In this document: positions 19,831 through 29,399 of the stretch, in pieces | How positions within the stretch are numbered: the first letter of the stretch is position 1 | How the letters are laid out: each line of letters opens with the position of its first letter | Position numbers and translations under genes: made by a program | Virus record (IMG/VR): IMGVR_UViG_3300024999_000030 | Coordinates: 248,001 to 312,000 of that record | Strand: one strand, 5' to 3' | Length of the DNA: 64,000 nucleotides | Notes under the pieces: generated by a model | The model's database searches: none | Told to the model about the DNA's origin: nothing | What the model saw: the letters and a program-made list of their open reading frames with translations, nothing else

Positions 19831-20187
19831 TTACTCGGGAATATTAATTACGTAATCAATCTTAGATAGATCAGTCATAGTCATTTCATAATTTACAGGC
19901 AGATCAAATTTTTGAATATCAATTTCTACCTCTTCATCTAGGACCGCATTAATTTCAGAAAAATAAGAAGTCTCATTTTCTGTTTCAATTACTATTTCGC
20001 CCTTTTCTTTCTTCGTGCCATATTTATCAAATAGTTCTTTGCGTTTATCTTCAAAGAGTTTAATGGCCACCTCAAGTTCTGCATAGTTCTTACGAAGCTT
20101 AAATAAAGTTGAGAGAGGGAATTTTTGCAGACTGAGTGCCCTAAGAGCCTCAACTGACTCAAGAATCTTACTAACCTTTACCTTCAT
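19831..20187 (-). CDS. hypothetical phage protein (only clear minus-strand gene)
   Basis: 118 aa; SD GGAGGA and its own promoter on the minus strand. Confidence 0.8.
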   Translation of the reverse strand: MKVKVSKILESVEALRALSLQKFPLSTLFKLRKNYAELEVAIKLFEDKRKELFDKYGTKKEKGEIVIETENETSYFSEINAVLDEEVEIDIQKFDLPVNYEMTMTDLSKIDYVINIPE

Positions 20188-20218
20188 TTTAAAATCCTCC
20201 TAGCTTGTTTGCTAACCA

Positions 20219-20247
20219 AATATAATTTATTAATTAGAAAAAGTCAA
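20219..20247 (-). promoter_or_regulatory. sigma70-like promoter TTGACT-N17-TATATT
   Basis: Plus strand reads AATATA(20219)-N17-AGTCAA(20242), matching five plus-strand copies. Confidence 0.8.
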
Positions 20248-20311
20248 GTTAAACCGTAAAAGTTATTTTTTAATAACAATTAATGAAGTTAATAATCAAC
20301 ATGGAGACTTT

Positions 20312-20506
20312 ATGTGGAAAATAAAATGTACTAAATGTAATAGCATATTAAATGAAAAACAAGTTAATGAGAGAAACGGTAATTGTACTGAGTGCCATGA
20401 GTTTAAACTTTGTCTTAAAATGATTTGTCCAATATGTGGACATCGTTTAATGCGAAAAGAAATTAAAAACGTTTTTATGATGTGGAGGCTAAAACAATTA
20501 TGTTAG
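20312..20506 (+). CDS. small zinc-finger protein (possibly the N-terminus of the FtsK gene)
   Basis: CTKC, CTEC, CPIC; SD GGAG. Confidence 0.6.
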   Translation: MWKIKCTKCNSILNEKQVNERNGNCTECHEFKLCLKMICPICGHRLMRKEIKNVFMMWRLKQLC

Positions 20507-21576
20507 ATAAAGTAAAAGAATTTATTAAATCCACAGATAATGTTTTAGTAGAAGCTATAGAGGCTAGGGAAGGTACATTGAGTACTGAAATTATTTTAAA
20601 ATTACTTGATTATAAAAAAGTAAATCATGTAGAAAAAAGCTTAGATGGTTTGCCATTTTTTCTAAAGGCTCCAGCACATATTTTAATTCCAGATACCCTG
20701 TGTGGTGGATTTAGATTAGTTATTCCACGCGAGAATATAGAAACTGTTCCATTTCGAGTGGGTAAGATTATTAAACCTACTCAAATTTTCCTTGGCATTA
20801 ATGATAAGGGAGAAGATTTAATACTTAATCTTAATGAAATAACACATACTATTATTGCTGGGGCCACTGGAGCCGGCAAATCAATGTGCATTCATACCAT
20901 TCTCCATTCCCTTTTAGTTAAGAGTGGGGTTGATATTATATATTTGGACCCTAAAAAAGTAGAAAGCCAATTATATAGTGGTTTAATTAGTTCTAATGGA
21001 ATTAACTTAGCTTCTAATTCCAGAGACATTTTAAATGAATTGAATCATATTCACAATTGGATGGAAGATAGATATAAATATATGGCCCAGCAACGTGTGC
21101 GTGATGCTATGACATCGTGGCTTACTGTTGGGGACCCTAAACTTAAACCAATGGTGTTGGTTTGTGATGAAGTTGGTGATATGATTTCTGAATCACCAGA
21201 GGTAAGAAACATTTTACTTTCTTTGTCGTCTAAATCTAGAGCCGCAGGTTTAAGAATTTTTCTAGCTACTCAACGCCCTGACGTTAAAATTATTGACGGA
21301 GCAATCAAAGCTAATTTTACCACTAGAATTTGTTTTAAAACTAGTTCTCGTGTAGACTCTTCCATCATATTAGGTTTTGGTGGTGGCGAACATTTAAGAG
21401 GAAAGGGCCATGGGATTTTACTTAAATCAGATGGTACTGTTATTACTTTTAAAGGGGCGATGGTTGATCAAGTTAGACTTAATAAATATAGTATATCTTC
21501 GGTACCAGAAGCAAATATTCCAACTCTGTTGAATTCTTCCATGGAGAGATTAAACCAATTAAAGAAATTAAAATAG
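20482..21576 (+). CDS. FtsK/SpoIIIE-family ATPase
   Basis: HTIIAGATGAGKS, LDPK, VCDE, RAAG-x4-LATQRP, IKANFTTRI, LRGKGHG. Confidence 0.9.
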   Translation: MEAKTIMLDKVKEFIKSTDNVLVEAIEAREGTLSTEIILKLLDYKKVNHVEKSLDGLPFFLKAPAHILIPDTLCGGFRLVIPRENIETVPFRVGKIIKPTQIFLGINDKGEDLILNLNEITHTIIAGATGAGKSMCIHTILHSLLVKSGVDIIYLDPKKVESQLYSGLISSNGINLASNSRDILNELNHIHNWMEDRYKYMAQQRVRDAMTSWLTVGDPKLKPMVLVCDEVGDMISESPEVRNILLSLSSKSRAAGLRIFLATQRPDVKIIDGAIKANFTTRICFKTSSRVDSSIILGFGGGEHLRGKGHGILLKSDGTVITFKGAMVDQVRLNKYSISSVPEANIPTLLNSSMERLNQLKKLK

Positions 21577-21584
21577 GAGCAAAC

Positions 21585-22811
21585 ATGTGGTCAATATTTA
21601 AACAAGCAAAACCTGTTTCAAGAAATTTACCTGATTGGTGTTTTATAGAATATCCCAAACAACTATGTGAAACTTTACATCGCCTATACGTGAGAGCTTA
21701 TGATAGTCAAATTCTTTCTGGTATGAATCCCAATGCATTTGTTGATAACATTGGTAAGTTGGGAAGGCTTGAAATTTTACCAAGCCAAAATATAATTTCA
21801 TCTATCGAAAAATCAGCATATATATATGCGTCTCTTTTTGGAAATCGAGGTATAGATATACATCCTAATATTCTTAATTTTTTAAATTCTCCAGAACACA
21901 TTGACACATATGTTCTTAATACTCTTTTTAGAAAGTTATCTGGAACTCGTAATAATTCTGGAACCCATCTTTTTAGAAGCGGCATAGCTCAAAACTTACT
22001 AGCTGATAATATAGCTATGTGCGTATCTGGATTAAATACTAATGTGATTGACACTATTCCAAATGAAACATTTAATGGTCCATATTCGTCAATCAAAAAA
22101 GAACTTAGTGTGTGGTCTATGGCTGTATTACCTTTAGTATATGAATATTTTGATGCGATGAAAATTGCAGATGAATATATAAGAGTAAGAGCTTTAGAAT
22201 CAGAAGTTCCAGCATTATGTGTTCACCCTATGTGTTTAAAAACTTTTAAAATAGATAAACGTATTGTTGATTTATTTAAGTTCTATGTTGTAGATGGCAA
22301 TAAAATGATTGCTACTTTCTGTTGTGATGCTCACGCTACTGCCGCTAAAGATAATGGCATTAATTATTTAACTGAACACGTTAATTTTGTATCCGGTCTT
22401 AATAAAAATACTAATATTAAATTTGGGCGCATTAATAAAAACATGTTTTCTGTGGGCTGGGATAAATGGAAAGAACGAGATTGTATTGTTACATATATAG
22501 AATACCCATTATGTCGTCAACCATTTGTAGCGGAATTAAATAATATTATTGCTTCGGTGTGTGATGATAATAAATGTAGTCCATATTACCCTAGGCTTTA
22601 CACTCCATTGGAGATTTATAACACAATTTCTCAATGCACTGTAGCTGAATTATCTAGTTGGCGAGAGTTCTTCATGGCCCATGGTTTAAGCGTTGATGTT
22701 GTTGCGTCTAAAAATGAGCGTGAAATATTACAGAGAATGAGAGAAACATGGGCTCAAGATAAAGACTTTGGGTTCTTTTCTATGGATGAAAAATTTAAGA
22801 AAAACTATTAA
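21585..22811 (+). CDS. hypothetical protein
   Basis: 408-aa ORF with SD AGGAG. Confidence 0.8.
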   Translation: MWSIFKQAKPVSRNLPDWCFIEYPKQLCETLHRLYVRAYDSQILSGMNPNAFVDNIGKLGRLEILPSQNIISSIEKSAYIYASLFGNRGIDIHPNILNFLNSPEHIDTYVLNTLFRKLSGTRNNSGTHLFRSGIAQNLLADNIAMCVSGLNTNVIDTIPNETFNGPYSSIKKELSVWSMAVLPLVYEYFDAMKIADEYIRVRALESEVPALCVHPMCLKTFKIDKRIVDLFKFYVVDGNKMIATFCCDAHATAAKDNGINYLTEHVNFVSGLNKNTNIKFGRINKNMFSVGWDKWKERDCIVTYIEYPLCRQPFVAELNNIIASVCDDNKCSPYYPRLYTPLEIYNTISQCTVAELSSWREFFMAHGLSVDVVASKNEREILQRMRETWAQDKDFGFFSMDEKFKKNY

Positions 22812-22837
22812 TAAAACTGTATAATGTAGGAGGAAAG

Positions 22838-23656
22838 ATGGCTGGAGATTCCCTTTCTAAACTGGTTGAACAATATTCGCAAGTCTATGGCAGAAAACGC
22901 CTTACTAATCAGGAAATGTTCGACAAGATCAAAGAGTTTCAGGCTACTGAAGATGAAGCGGCTATGATTGAAATGATTGGTGCTAATATTGGTCTCATAA
23001 TTAAAGACACCTATAGTATTGTTAAGGATTACACTCAAGTTGAATCGTATATTGGTAGTGCCATCATTGGCTTTATCGAAGGTGTTAAACATTTTGATGT
23101 TGCTAAAAGTGCAGGTTTAACTAATCCAAATGGTTATATTTTTGAATGGGTTAGAGCGATGATTCATAAAGATTTTTATAAGGATAAGGCATTTTTATCT
23201 GGTCTCACTGGTAAAAATAAAATGATTGTTAATGCTCTTATCCAGGCAGAGAAGTCTGGGACTCTTTCTACGCCGGATCTTATCGAATCTGTGGCAACTC
23301 AATTAAACGAGGATAAGAAAACCGTAACCACCGTTCATGCCACCATTGGATCTAAAATTAGTTTGTCTCATATGGACGGTAATGACGTAGTTGATATTCA
23401 TTATGTTGAACATAATCCAATGGCTGCTGTTAACATGGCTCATATTAAAACTTCTTTGATGCCTGTTCTTAAAGAAATTTTAACTGAGAGGGAGTTTGAT
23501 ACTGTTCTGTCGCGTATTATGGACGATGAAACTTTAGAGACCATTGGTAAGCGTTATGGTGTGTCCAAAGAGGCTGTTCGAATTTATGAAAAGACTGCGT
23601 TTAAGAAGCTTCGTGGTGACCATCGGGTCAAGGCGTTTTTCAATGCCCTGGATTAA
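22838..23656 (+). CDS. phage RNA polymerase sigma factor (sigma-70 family)
   Basis: Region 2-like NIGLI...GFIEGVKHFD...YIFEWVR; region 4 LTERE...TLETIGKRYGVSKEAVRIYEKTAFKKLR. Confidence 0.88.
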   Translation: MAGDSLSKLVEQYSQVYGRKRLTNQEMFDKIKEFQATEDEAAMIEMIGANIGLIIKDTYSIVKDYTQVESYIGSAIIGFIEGVKHFDVAKSAGLTNPNGYIFEWVRAMIHKDFYKDKAFLSGLTGKNKMIVNALIQAEKSGTLSTPDLIESVATQLNEDKKTVTTVHATIGSKISLSHMDGNDVVDIHYVEHNPMAAVNMAHIKTSLMPVLKEILTEREFDTVLSRIMDDETLETIGKRYGVSKEAVRIYEKTAFKKLRGDHRVKAFFNALD

Positions 23657-23667
23657 ATAATGAAAAA

Positions 23668-23729
23668 GATATATAGTTCATGTGGGTTAAGTAAACCATT
23701 ATCATGCTTAACTCGCATGACTATATATC
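23668..23729. other. long imperfect inverted repeat (hairpin) after the sigma gene
   Basis: GATATATAGTTCATGTGGGTTAAGTA ... TGCTTAACTCGCATGACTATATATC; about 26-bp stem with G-U-compatible mismatches. Confidence 0.7.
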
Positions 23730-23828
23730 GAATCATAAATAAAATTAAAATAGGAGGTTATATCTTACGAAAAGAAACCTCAAAGAAAGATAAAATAATA
23801 AAATAAATTTACCTAGAGGGGTACTCTT

Positions 23829-25082
23829 ATGCCTACTTATGTTGTTGACACTTCCGTCCTACTTGAAGATCAATCTGTACTTAATGACATGCAAGATTCA
23901 GAGCTTATTATCCCATTAGCTGTACTTCAGGAGTTAGATAATCATAAATGTGATTTAGGATTAGTTGGATATAACGCTCGAACTTTCGTTAAACAACTTG
24001 AAAAACTAAGACAAAATGCTTGCTTGACGGATGGTGTATCATTCGGTTCTTCATGTTCTTTAAAAGTGGACGTTACAGAGTTTCCCAATGCCACAGCCGA
24101 TCAAAAAATTATAGCCCTATGTGAGTCCCTAAAAAAAGAAGCCAAAGATAAAATATTCTTATTGTCTGAAGATATATCTTTGAGGTTAATTGCTGAAGCA
24201 AAAGGAATATCTGCTAAATCTGGAATGTATATGCAAGATGAAAGTTTATATAAAGGTGTTAGAGAAATTAGTCTTGAAAAGAATGAAATAGATTCTTTCT
24301 TCAAAACAAAACGGGCGCCTATTGATTTTGCATACCCTAATGAATATTTTATTATGAGGGGAAATGGAAATGGTGGTGCTGTTGGAAAATATAAACAGAA
24401 GTCTGGATGCATAGTTCCACTGGGAGATGTTGATATTGTAAATGATTTTGTGCGTGCTAGAAATGCAAACCAAAGGTTTCTTGTTGATGCTATTCTCGAT
24501 CCGGATATTTCGATAGTAATGGCGGCATCTAAAGCTGGTTGTGGAAAAACTATTCTATCTCTTGGGGCAGCTTTATATCTCACTAGACACGCTAAAAGTT
24601 ATCAACAGGTTGTAATTACCAAGGCCGTGACTCCCGTTGGAGGAAAAGATTCCATTGGTTTTCTTCCAGGTTCTTTCGACGAGAAAATGCGTTTCTGGAC
24701 TTTAAATTTTACTGATAATTTATCGGTGGTTTCTGATGAAAAGGGTGGTTATGGTTCAGATATTTTTACCTCAGATGACATTGAAGTTTGTTCTTTAATG
24801 CATATGAGGGGAAGGTCACTTCATCATGCGATTATTATTGTAGATGAATTTCAAAACCTCACTCCAAAAGAAGCAAAGACAATTATCACGAGAGTGGGTG
24901 AGGGATCAAAAATTATTTGCTTAGGAGATATAACTCAAATTGACGTATCGTATTTAAATGAATATAATAATGGCTTAACTTATATTACTAATAAATTTAA
25001 AGAACATGATATTGCAGCTAGCGTATATCTAGATAAAAATGAAAGATCTCGTCTGTCTAATTTAGCCGCAGAGATTCTGTAA
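23829..25082 (+). CDS. phoH: PIN-PhoH (PhoH2/YlaK-like) protein
   Basis: N-terminal PIN VVDTSVLL...ELD; AGCGKT, IGFLPG, MRGRSL, IIVDEFQN, RVGEGSKIICLGD-x2-QID, ERS. Confidence 0.92.
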   Translation: MPTYVVDTSVLLEDQSVLNDMQDSELIIPLAVLQELDNHKCDLGLVGYNARTFVKQLEKLRQNACLTDGVSFGSSCSLKVDVTEFPNATADQKIIALCESLKKEAKDKIFLLSEDISLRLIAEAKGISAKSGMYMQDESLYKGVREISLEKNEIDSFFKTKRAPIDFAYPNEYFIMRGNGNGGAVGKYKQKSGCIVPLGDVDIVNDFVRARNANQRFLVDAILDPDISIVMAASKAGCGKTILSLGAALYLTRHAKSYQQVVITKAVTPVGGKDSIGFLPGSFDEKMRFWTLNFTDNLSVVSDEKGGYGSDIFTSDDIEVCSLMHMRGRSLHHAIIIVDEFQNLTPKEAKTIITRVGEGSKIICLGDITQIDVSYLNEYNNGLTYITNKFKEHDIAASVYLDKNERSRLSNLAAEIL

Positions 25083-25104
25083 AATAAATTACTTAGTTAA
25101 GTTG

Positions 25105-25134
25105 CTACTGCATGGTTATTTTATCATGCAGTAG
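25105..25134 (+). terminator. hairpin / putative terminator
   Basis: CTACTGCATG-N10-CATGCAGTAG downstream of phoH; weak U tail. Confidence 0.55.
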
Positions 25135-25143
25135 TGTCTTAAT

Positions 25144-25545
25144 TTGGAGGCACATATGATAAGTACTGAAGACAGTGTAAGAACATTTTTGGAATGTATT
25201 TCTATACAGCCCACTGGAGATGTGGAACAAGACGCTAAGATTAAAGAAATACTTAAGAAAAGCATTTATGATTTATGTTTTGTTATGGTTCCCGATGTAG
25301 ATTCTTTAGTTGATGATCGGGGTGTGTTTAAACCAAGCTCTCCAGAACATGCCGCTGTAATGAAAGCCTTTCTAGGAGAGCAACGTAAAGTTATTTTTTC
25401 TGTATTTAGTGGAATAGCTAAACTCAAAGAAGAAGATGAAAACACAAAATCTGAGCTAAAGGCTGAAATTAAAGAACTTAAATTAGATATGAATAAAATT
25501 ATGACTAGACTTAAAGGTATTATGAAAAATCAACTCACTTCTTAA
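25144..25545 (+). CDS. hypothetical protein
   Basis: C-terminal coiled coil; likely start ATG 25156 after GGAGG. Confidence 0.7.
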   Translation: MEAHMISTEDSVRTFLECISIQPTGDVEQDAKIKEILKKSIYDLCFVMVPDVDSLVDDRGVFKPSSPEHAAVMKAFLGEQRKVIFSVFSGIAKLKEEDENTKSELKAEIKELKLDMNKIMTRLKGIMKNQLTS

Positions 25546-25555
25546 TTTTTTTAAT

Positions 25556-25571
25556 TGGCATGGAAGTTGCT
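25556..25571 (+). promoter_or_regulatory. sigma54-type -24/-12 consensus
   Basis: TGGCAT-GGAAG-TTGCT matches TGGCAC-N5-TTGC(A/T) and lies in an intergenic region. Confidence 0.45.
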
Positions 25572-25770
25572 ACGCGCGTGCGCGCGTATTATTTAGTATT
25601 ATTATATTATTATAATAATAAAACAATACGCCTCAATTGAGGACCACTATTGAGGGGCTCATATGAGGACATCATATGAGGTAAACATATTGAGGCAAAC
25701 ATAATGCGGCGAATATATTGAGACAAATAATTAAATTATTAAATTATTCGTCTCATTTATGGTCTCATTA
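25571..25770. repeat. iteron-like repeat array; candidate replication origin
   Basis: TGAGG-core repeats at 25638, 25651, 25664, 25677, 25691, 25705 (TGCGG) and 25719 (TGAGA), period 13-14 bp; inverted copies on both sides; palindrome TACGCGCG-TG-CGCGCGTA; AT-rich flanks. Confidence 0.7.
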
Positions 25771-25916
25771 TTCTATTGTCTTTGCTAAATAAGGGAGTAT
25801 TATAGTTATATGTATTATATAATAATTTCTTTAAATAATTTCTTTATAAGAATGTTTTAAAGACATTACGGGAATCTTAAAAGTGTATTTGAAATACAGA
25901 GTAAGTTGGAGGAAAT

Positions 25917-26246
25917 ATGATAGTGCTAGCAATTCTTCTTGGGGCAATAGCAACTGAAGCTACTGTAAAAGTTCTTTTACGTGGATCTATATTTGAATCT
26001 CCTAGAAATTGGATTTATTCAAAAATATCTGATCAAAAATTTATTGGCAAATTAATTCGTTGTCCTTATTGCTTATCGTTTTGGGTATCAATGTTGATAC
26101 TTATATCAGCATTACATTTACCTAGTTGGTTCTTGGTTTATGTTTCATGGATGTCTATATGTAGACTTAGCAATATAATTCATGACATCTCTGATAAGAT
26201 TTATTATACGCAATATGGAACTGGAATCTCCCAGGATTCAAAATAA
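25917..26246 (+). CDS. DUF1360-like small membrane protein
   Basis: IFESPR...LIRCPYCLSFW with flanking transmembrane segments. Confidence 0.65.
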   Translation: MIVLAILLGAIATEATVKVLLRGSIFESPRNWIYSKISDQKFIGKLIRCPYCLSFWVSMLILISALHLPSWFLVYVSWMSICRLSNIIHDISDKIYYTQYGTGISQDSK

Positions 26247-26260
26247 GAAAGAAGGCTGAC

Positions 26261-26542
26261 ATGCAACAAACTGAAATCAATATAACATTTCCTGTAATTA
26301 TTGGAGCCCAAGACTATCATGAGTTTATGGATTATAGAGATGTTTTAAAAGATATTACTGGTGAACCTATTAAATACATTGAAATACAATCGGAACTTTA
26401 TGAAATAGAAAACTTTACAGGAAACAAAACAGATAAAGATAAACTTATATTTGAACTTACAAATAAATTATCTGGATTAGTAGATATCAAAAAACTTCTT
26501 AAAAGAAACCATACTCCATATTGTGCTGTGTTTTATATTTAA
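26261..26542 (+). CDS. hypothetical protein
   Basis: 93-aa ORF. Confidence 0.65.
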   Translation: MQQTEINITFPVIIGAQDYHEFMDYRDVLKDITGEPIKYIEIQSELYEIENFTGNKTDKDKLIFELTNKLSGLVDIKKLLKRNHTPYCAVFYI

Positions 26543-26554
26543 CACTATTCTTGA

Positions 26555-26583
26555 TTGACTTTTTAATTTATGTATATTATATT
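26555..26583 (+). promoter_or_regulatory. promoter TTGACT-N17-TATATT
   Basis: Exact hexamers and spacing, upstream of the AAA gene. Confidence 0.8.
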
Positions 26584-26611
26584 TTATAAGCAATAAAAAG
26601 AAAGGACTAAA

Positions 26612-28039
26612 ATGATAAGTGAAAGCAAATTAAAGTTTTGGATTGAAAACAATCAAAACGTTTTGTTCGTTGGTAAGCACGGAGTGGGTAAGACCGCTAG
26701 AGTTTTAAATGCCTTTGAGGAATCAAAACTTAAATGGTTATATTTTAGTGCTTCCACTCTAGATCCATGGGTGGATTTTATTGGCATTCCAAAAGAAGTA
26801 AAAGATGCAAATGGCAATAGTTACATAGACTTAGTCCGTCCAAAGGCTTTTGCTGAAGACGATGTAGAGGCTATTTTCTTGGACGAATATAACAGAAGTC
26901 CTAAAAAAGTTAGAAATGCAGTAATGGAACTCATACAATTCAAATCTATTAACGGTAAGAAATTTAAAAACCTTAGAATTATTTGGGCTGCTATTAACCC
27001 AGACGAAGAAGGAGATGGAGAAGAAGGTTATGATGTGGAAAAACTCGATCCTGCTCAAAGAGATAGGTTTCATGTAATCGTGGATGTTCCATATAAACCA
27101 GATCGTGGATATTTTGTGTCTAAATATGGAAAGGAAATTTCAGAAGATGCTATTGGGTGGTGGACTGATTTAGATAAAGTTTCTCAAAATAGTGTGTCTC
27201 CTAGACGATTAGACTATGCATTAGATTTGTATGTTAAAAAAGGAGATCTTAGAGACGTCTTACCAAGCAATGTTAACGTAACTAAACTCATACAAGAACT
27301 AGGAGGAAGAAGTACAAAGAAGGCTATAGCTGATTTATATTCCTCTCAAGACGTAGATAAGTCAAAAATCTTTTTATCGTCTAGAAATAATGTGGATGCT
27401 ATTACTAAACTATTGAATATAAATGAGGGTTATAGAAAATTCTTTTTGCCTTTAATTGGAGAAGAAGATCTTGCTAGACTTATGTCAACTAGCAATATCA
27501 TTTATGAAAACGTTATTCAAGATAGTAAGTATGAAAGTATTATACAGGAAATTAAGAAAACAAAATCTTCATTAGCTAAAAGACTAATGAAAGATGTGCC
27601 ACAAAAAATTAAAGGATATACTTTTTCTTCTGTGTCTTTAGATAATCCACCTAATGCAAAGCGTTCAAAAAAGTTTACTATAAAAACAGGGGTAGCTATA
27701 AGTTACGTTTTATCTAGCAAACGTAGTTCATTATATGGAACGTACGATAGAGTATGTGCTATTAATTATATAATTCATAATATAAAATCAACAGATGATA
27801 TTAAAACTTTTAAAGAATCAATTGAAATTATGAAAACATTATTCGAGAGATCTAATTTTACTACAATAAATAAAATAACTCACATAGATCATATTTTTGG
27901 TTTTGTTATTAAAAAATTAAGTTTACTGAATGGTAGAGATGCAGGTAAAGAACTTTCAATCTTTAATGCTAGCCTATCGGCTATTGGCAAAAATAAATTA
28001 AACTTATTCTTAGTAAGTAGGGGCATTATGTATGTTTAA
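26612..28039 (+). CDS. MoxR-like AAA+ ATPase
   Basis: GKHGVGKT, IFLDEYNR, WAAINP, LDPAQRDRF, SPRR. Confidence 0.9.
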   Translation: MISESKLKFWIENNQNVLFVGKHGVGKTARVLNAFEESKLKWLYFSASTLDPWVDFIGIPKEVKDANGNSYIDLVRPKAFAEDDVEAIFLDEYNRSPKKVRNAVMELIQFKSINGKKFKNLRIIWAAINPDEEGDGEEGYDVEKLDPAQRDRFHVIVDVPYKPDRGYFVSKYGKEISEDAIGWWTDLDKVSQNSVSPRRLDYALDLYVKKGDLRDVLPSNVNVTKLIQELGGRSTKKAIADLYSSQDVDKSKIFLSSRNNVDAITKLLNINEGYRKFFLPLIGEEDLARLMSTSNIIYENVIQDSKYESIIQEIKKTKSSLAKRLMKDVPQKIKGYTFSSVSLDNPPNAKRSKKFTIKTGVAISYVLSSKRSSLYGTYDRVCAINYIIHNIKSTDDIKTFKESIEIMKTLFERSNFTTINKITHIDHIFGFVIKKLSLLNGRDAGKELSIFNASLSAIGKNKLNLFLVSRGIMYV

Positions 28040-29348
28040 TACAAAAGATGAAATCAGTTTATCTAACGAAGAATTTTCTACTATAGCTAGAGGATTAGAT
28101 TCTCATCACGCTGTATTTTCTACTTTGTGGAATTTAGGGAAACCAACATTCACAAACTTAACAGATACAGCAATGGTGTCTTTTGAAGACAACAATGAAA
28201 ACCGTGTTAACTTTTATTTTAATCCTTCCTTTTGGAATGAGCTAACAGAATATGAAAGGAATTTTGTAATATGTCATGAATGTCTCCATGTTATTCTTGG
28301 GCATGGAGCAAGATTAAAATCTTTATTGAATGGTAAATCTAATGCTAGTATAGCTGCGAATGCTAATATAGCTGCGGATATAGTAGTTAATCATATGCTT
28401 ACTGGGTCTATGGGATTTGATAGAACTAAGTTAGTTAAACTAAATAAGAATGGATGTTGGGTCGATATAGTTTTTAAAGAAACAGATAAGATTGAAAAGG
28501 ATAGGTGTCTAGAATATTATTATAACCTTCTAAATAAATTAGATGAACAAAGTGAAAAAACAACCATAGACGATCATTCTAATCTTAGTGGAACCAATAT
28601 AGACGGATCAAATAATAATCTTATTGAAGATTTAGTAGACGATGTCATCAGGGATTTAAGCCAGGATGATATGAAGTCATTCTCTGATATGGTAGGCCAA
28701 AATAAAGAAGAGTCTAATTCTCAACAGCGCGGAACTATTGCTGGTAATATTACTCAAGTTATAAAACTTACAAAAGTAATTACCAAAAAGAAATGGGAAA
28801 CAGTTATTAATAAATGGGCACAAAAACAAATTAAAGATTCTAATAAAGACCACGAACAATGGGCTAGAACCAACAGAAGATTTAATGAGATATCTTTACT
28901 TTCAAATCTATTTCTTCCATCCGAAATGGAAGTGGATGAGAGGGAACAAGAAGAAACTAAGATAAAAGTTGTATTCTTTCAGGACACCTCTGGATCTTGC
29001 CGGGGGTTTGCTAAGAGATTTTTTACTGCAGCCGCCAGTCTTCCTAAAGATAAATTTGATATAGATCTTTATTGTTTCGATACTCAAGTATATAAAACAT
29101 CTTTGGAAAGCGGTAAACTTTATGGTTTTGGCGGAACGTCTTTTTCGATATTAGAAAGTTATGTTTGGAATAATATAGCTCAGCGCGATGAAAAGAAATA
29201 TCCCAAAGCTATTTTTGTAATTACAGATGGATATGGAGATAATATTAATCCGAGAATACCTAAGAAATGGTATTGGTTTTTGTCTTCGTCTTATAGAAGT
29301 TGTATATCAAATAAGTGTAATATTTTCAAATTATCTGATTTTGAATGA
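28032..29348 (+). CDS. HExxH metallopeptidase-like + vWA protein (DUF2201-like)
   Basis: HECLH...NIAADIVVN; DTSGS, CFDT, GGTSF, VITDG. Confidence 0.9.
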   Translation: MFNTKDEISLSNEEFSTIARGLDSHHAVFSTLWNLGKPTFTNLTDTAMVSFEDNNENRVNFYFNPSFWNELTEYERNFVICHECLHVILGHGARLKSLLNGKSNASIAANANIAADIVVNHMLTGSMGFDRTKLVKLNKNGCWVDIVFKETDKIEKDRCLEYYYNLLNKLDEQSEKTTIDDHSNLSGTNIDGSNNNLIEDLVDDVIRDLSQDDMKSFSDMVGQNKEESNSQQRGTIAGNITQVIKLTKVITKKKWETVINKWAQKQIKDSNKDHEQWARTNRRFNEISLLSNLFLPSEMEVDEREQEETKIKVVFFQDTSGSCRGFAKRFFTAAASLPKDKFDIDLYCFDTQVYKTSLESGKLYGFGGTSFSILESYVWNNIAQRDEKKYPKAIFVITDGYGDNINPRIPKKWYWFLSSSYRSCISNKCNIFKLSDFE

Positions 29349-29349
29349 T

Positions 29350-29378
29350 TTGACTTTTTAACATAATAATCTTATATT
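29350..29378 (+). promoter_or_regulatory. promoter TTGACT-N17-TATATT
   Basis: Exact hexamers, upstream of rpsU. Confidence 0.8.
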
Positions 29379-29399
29379 ATATAGGAGGAGTAAAAAGAT

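Noticed and set aside
25631-25725. Repeat array as a CRISPR
   Set aside because: Period is only 13-14 bp with a 5-bp core; no 25-45-bp repeats or spacers and no cas operon.
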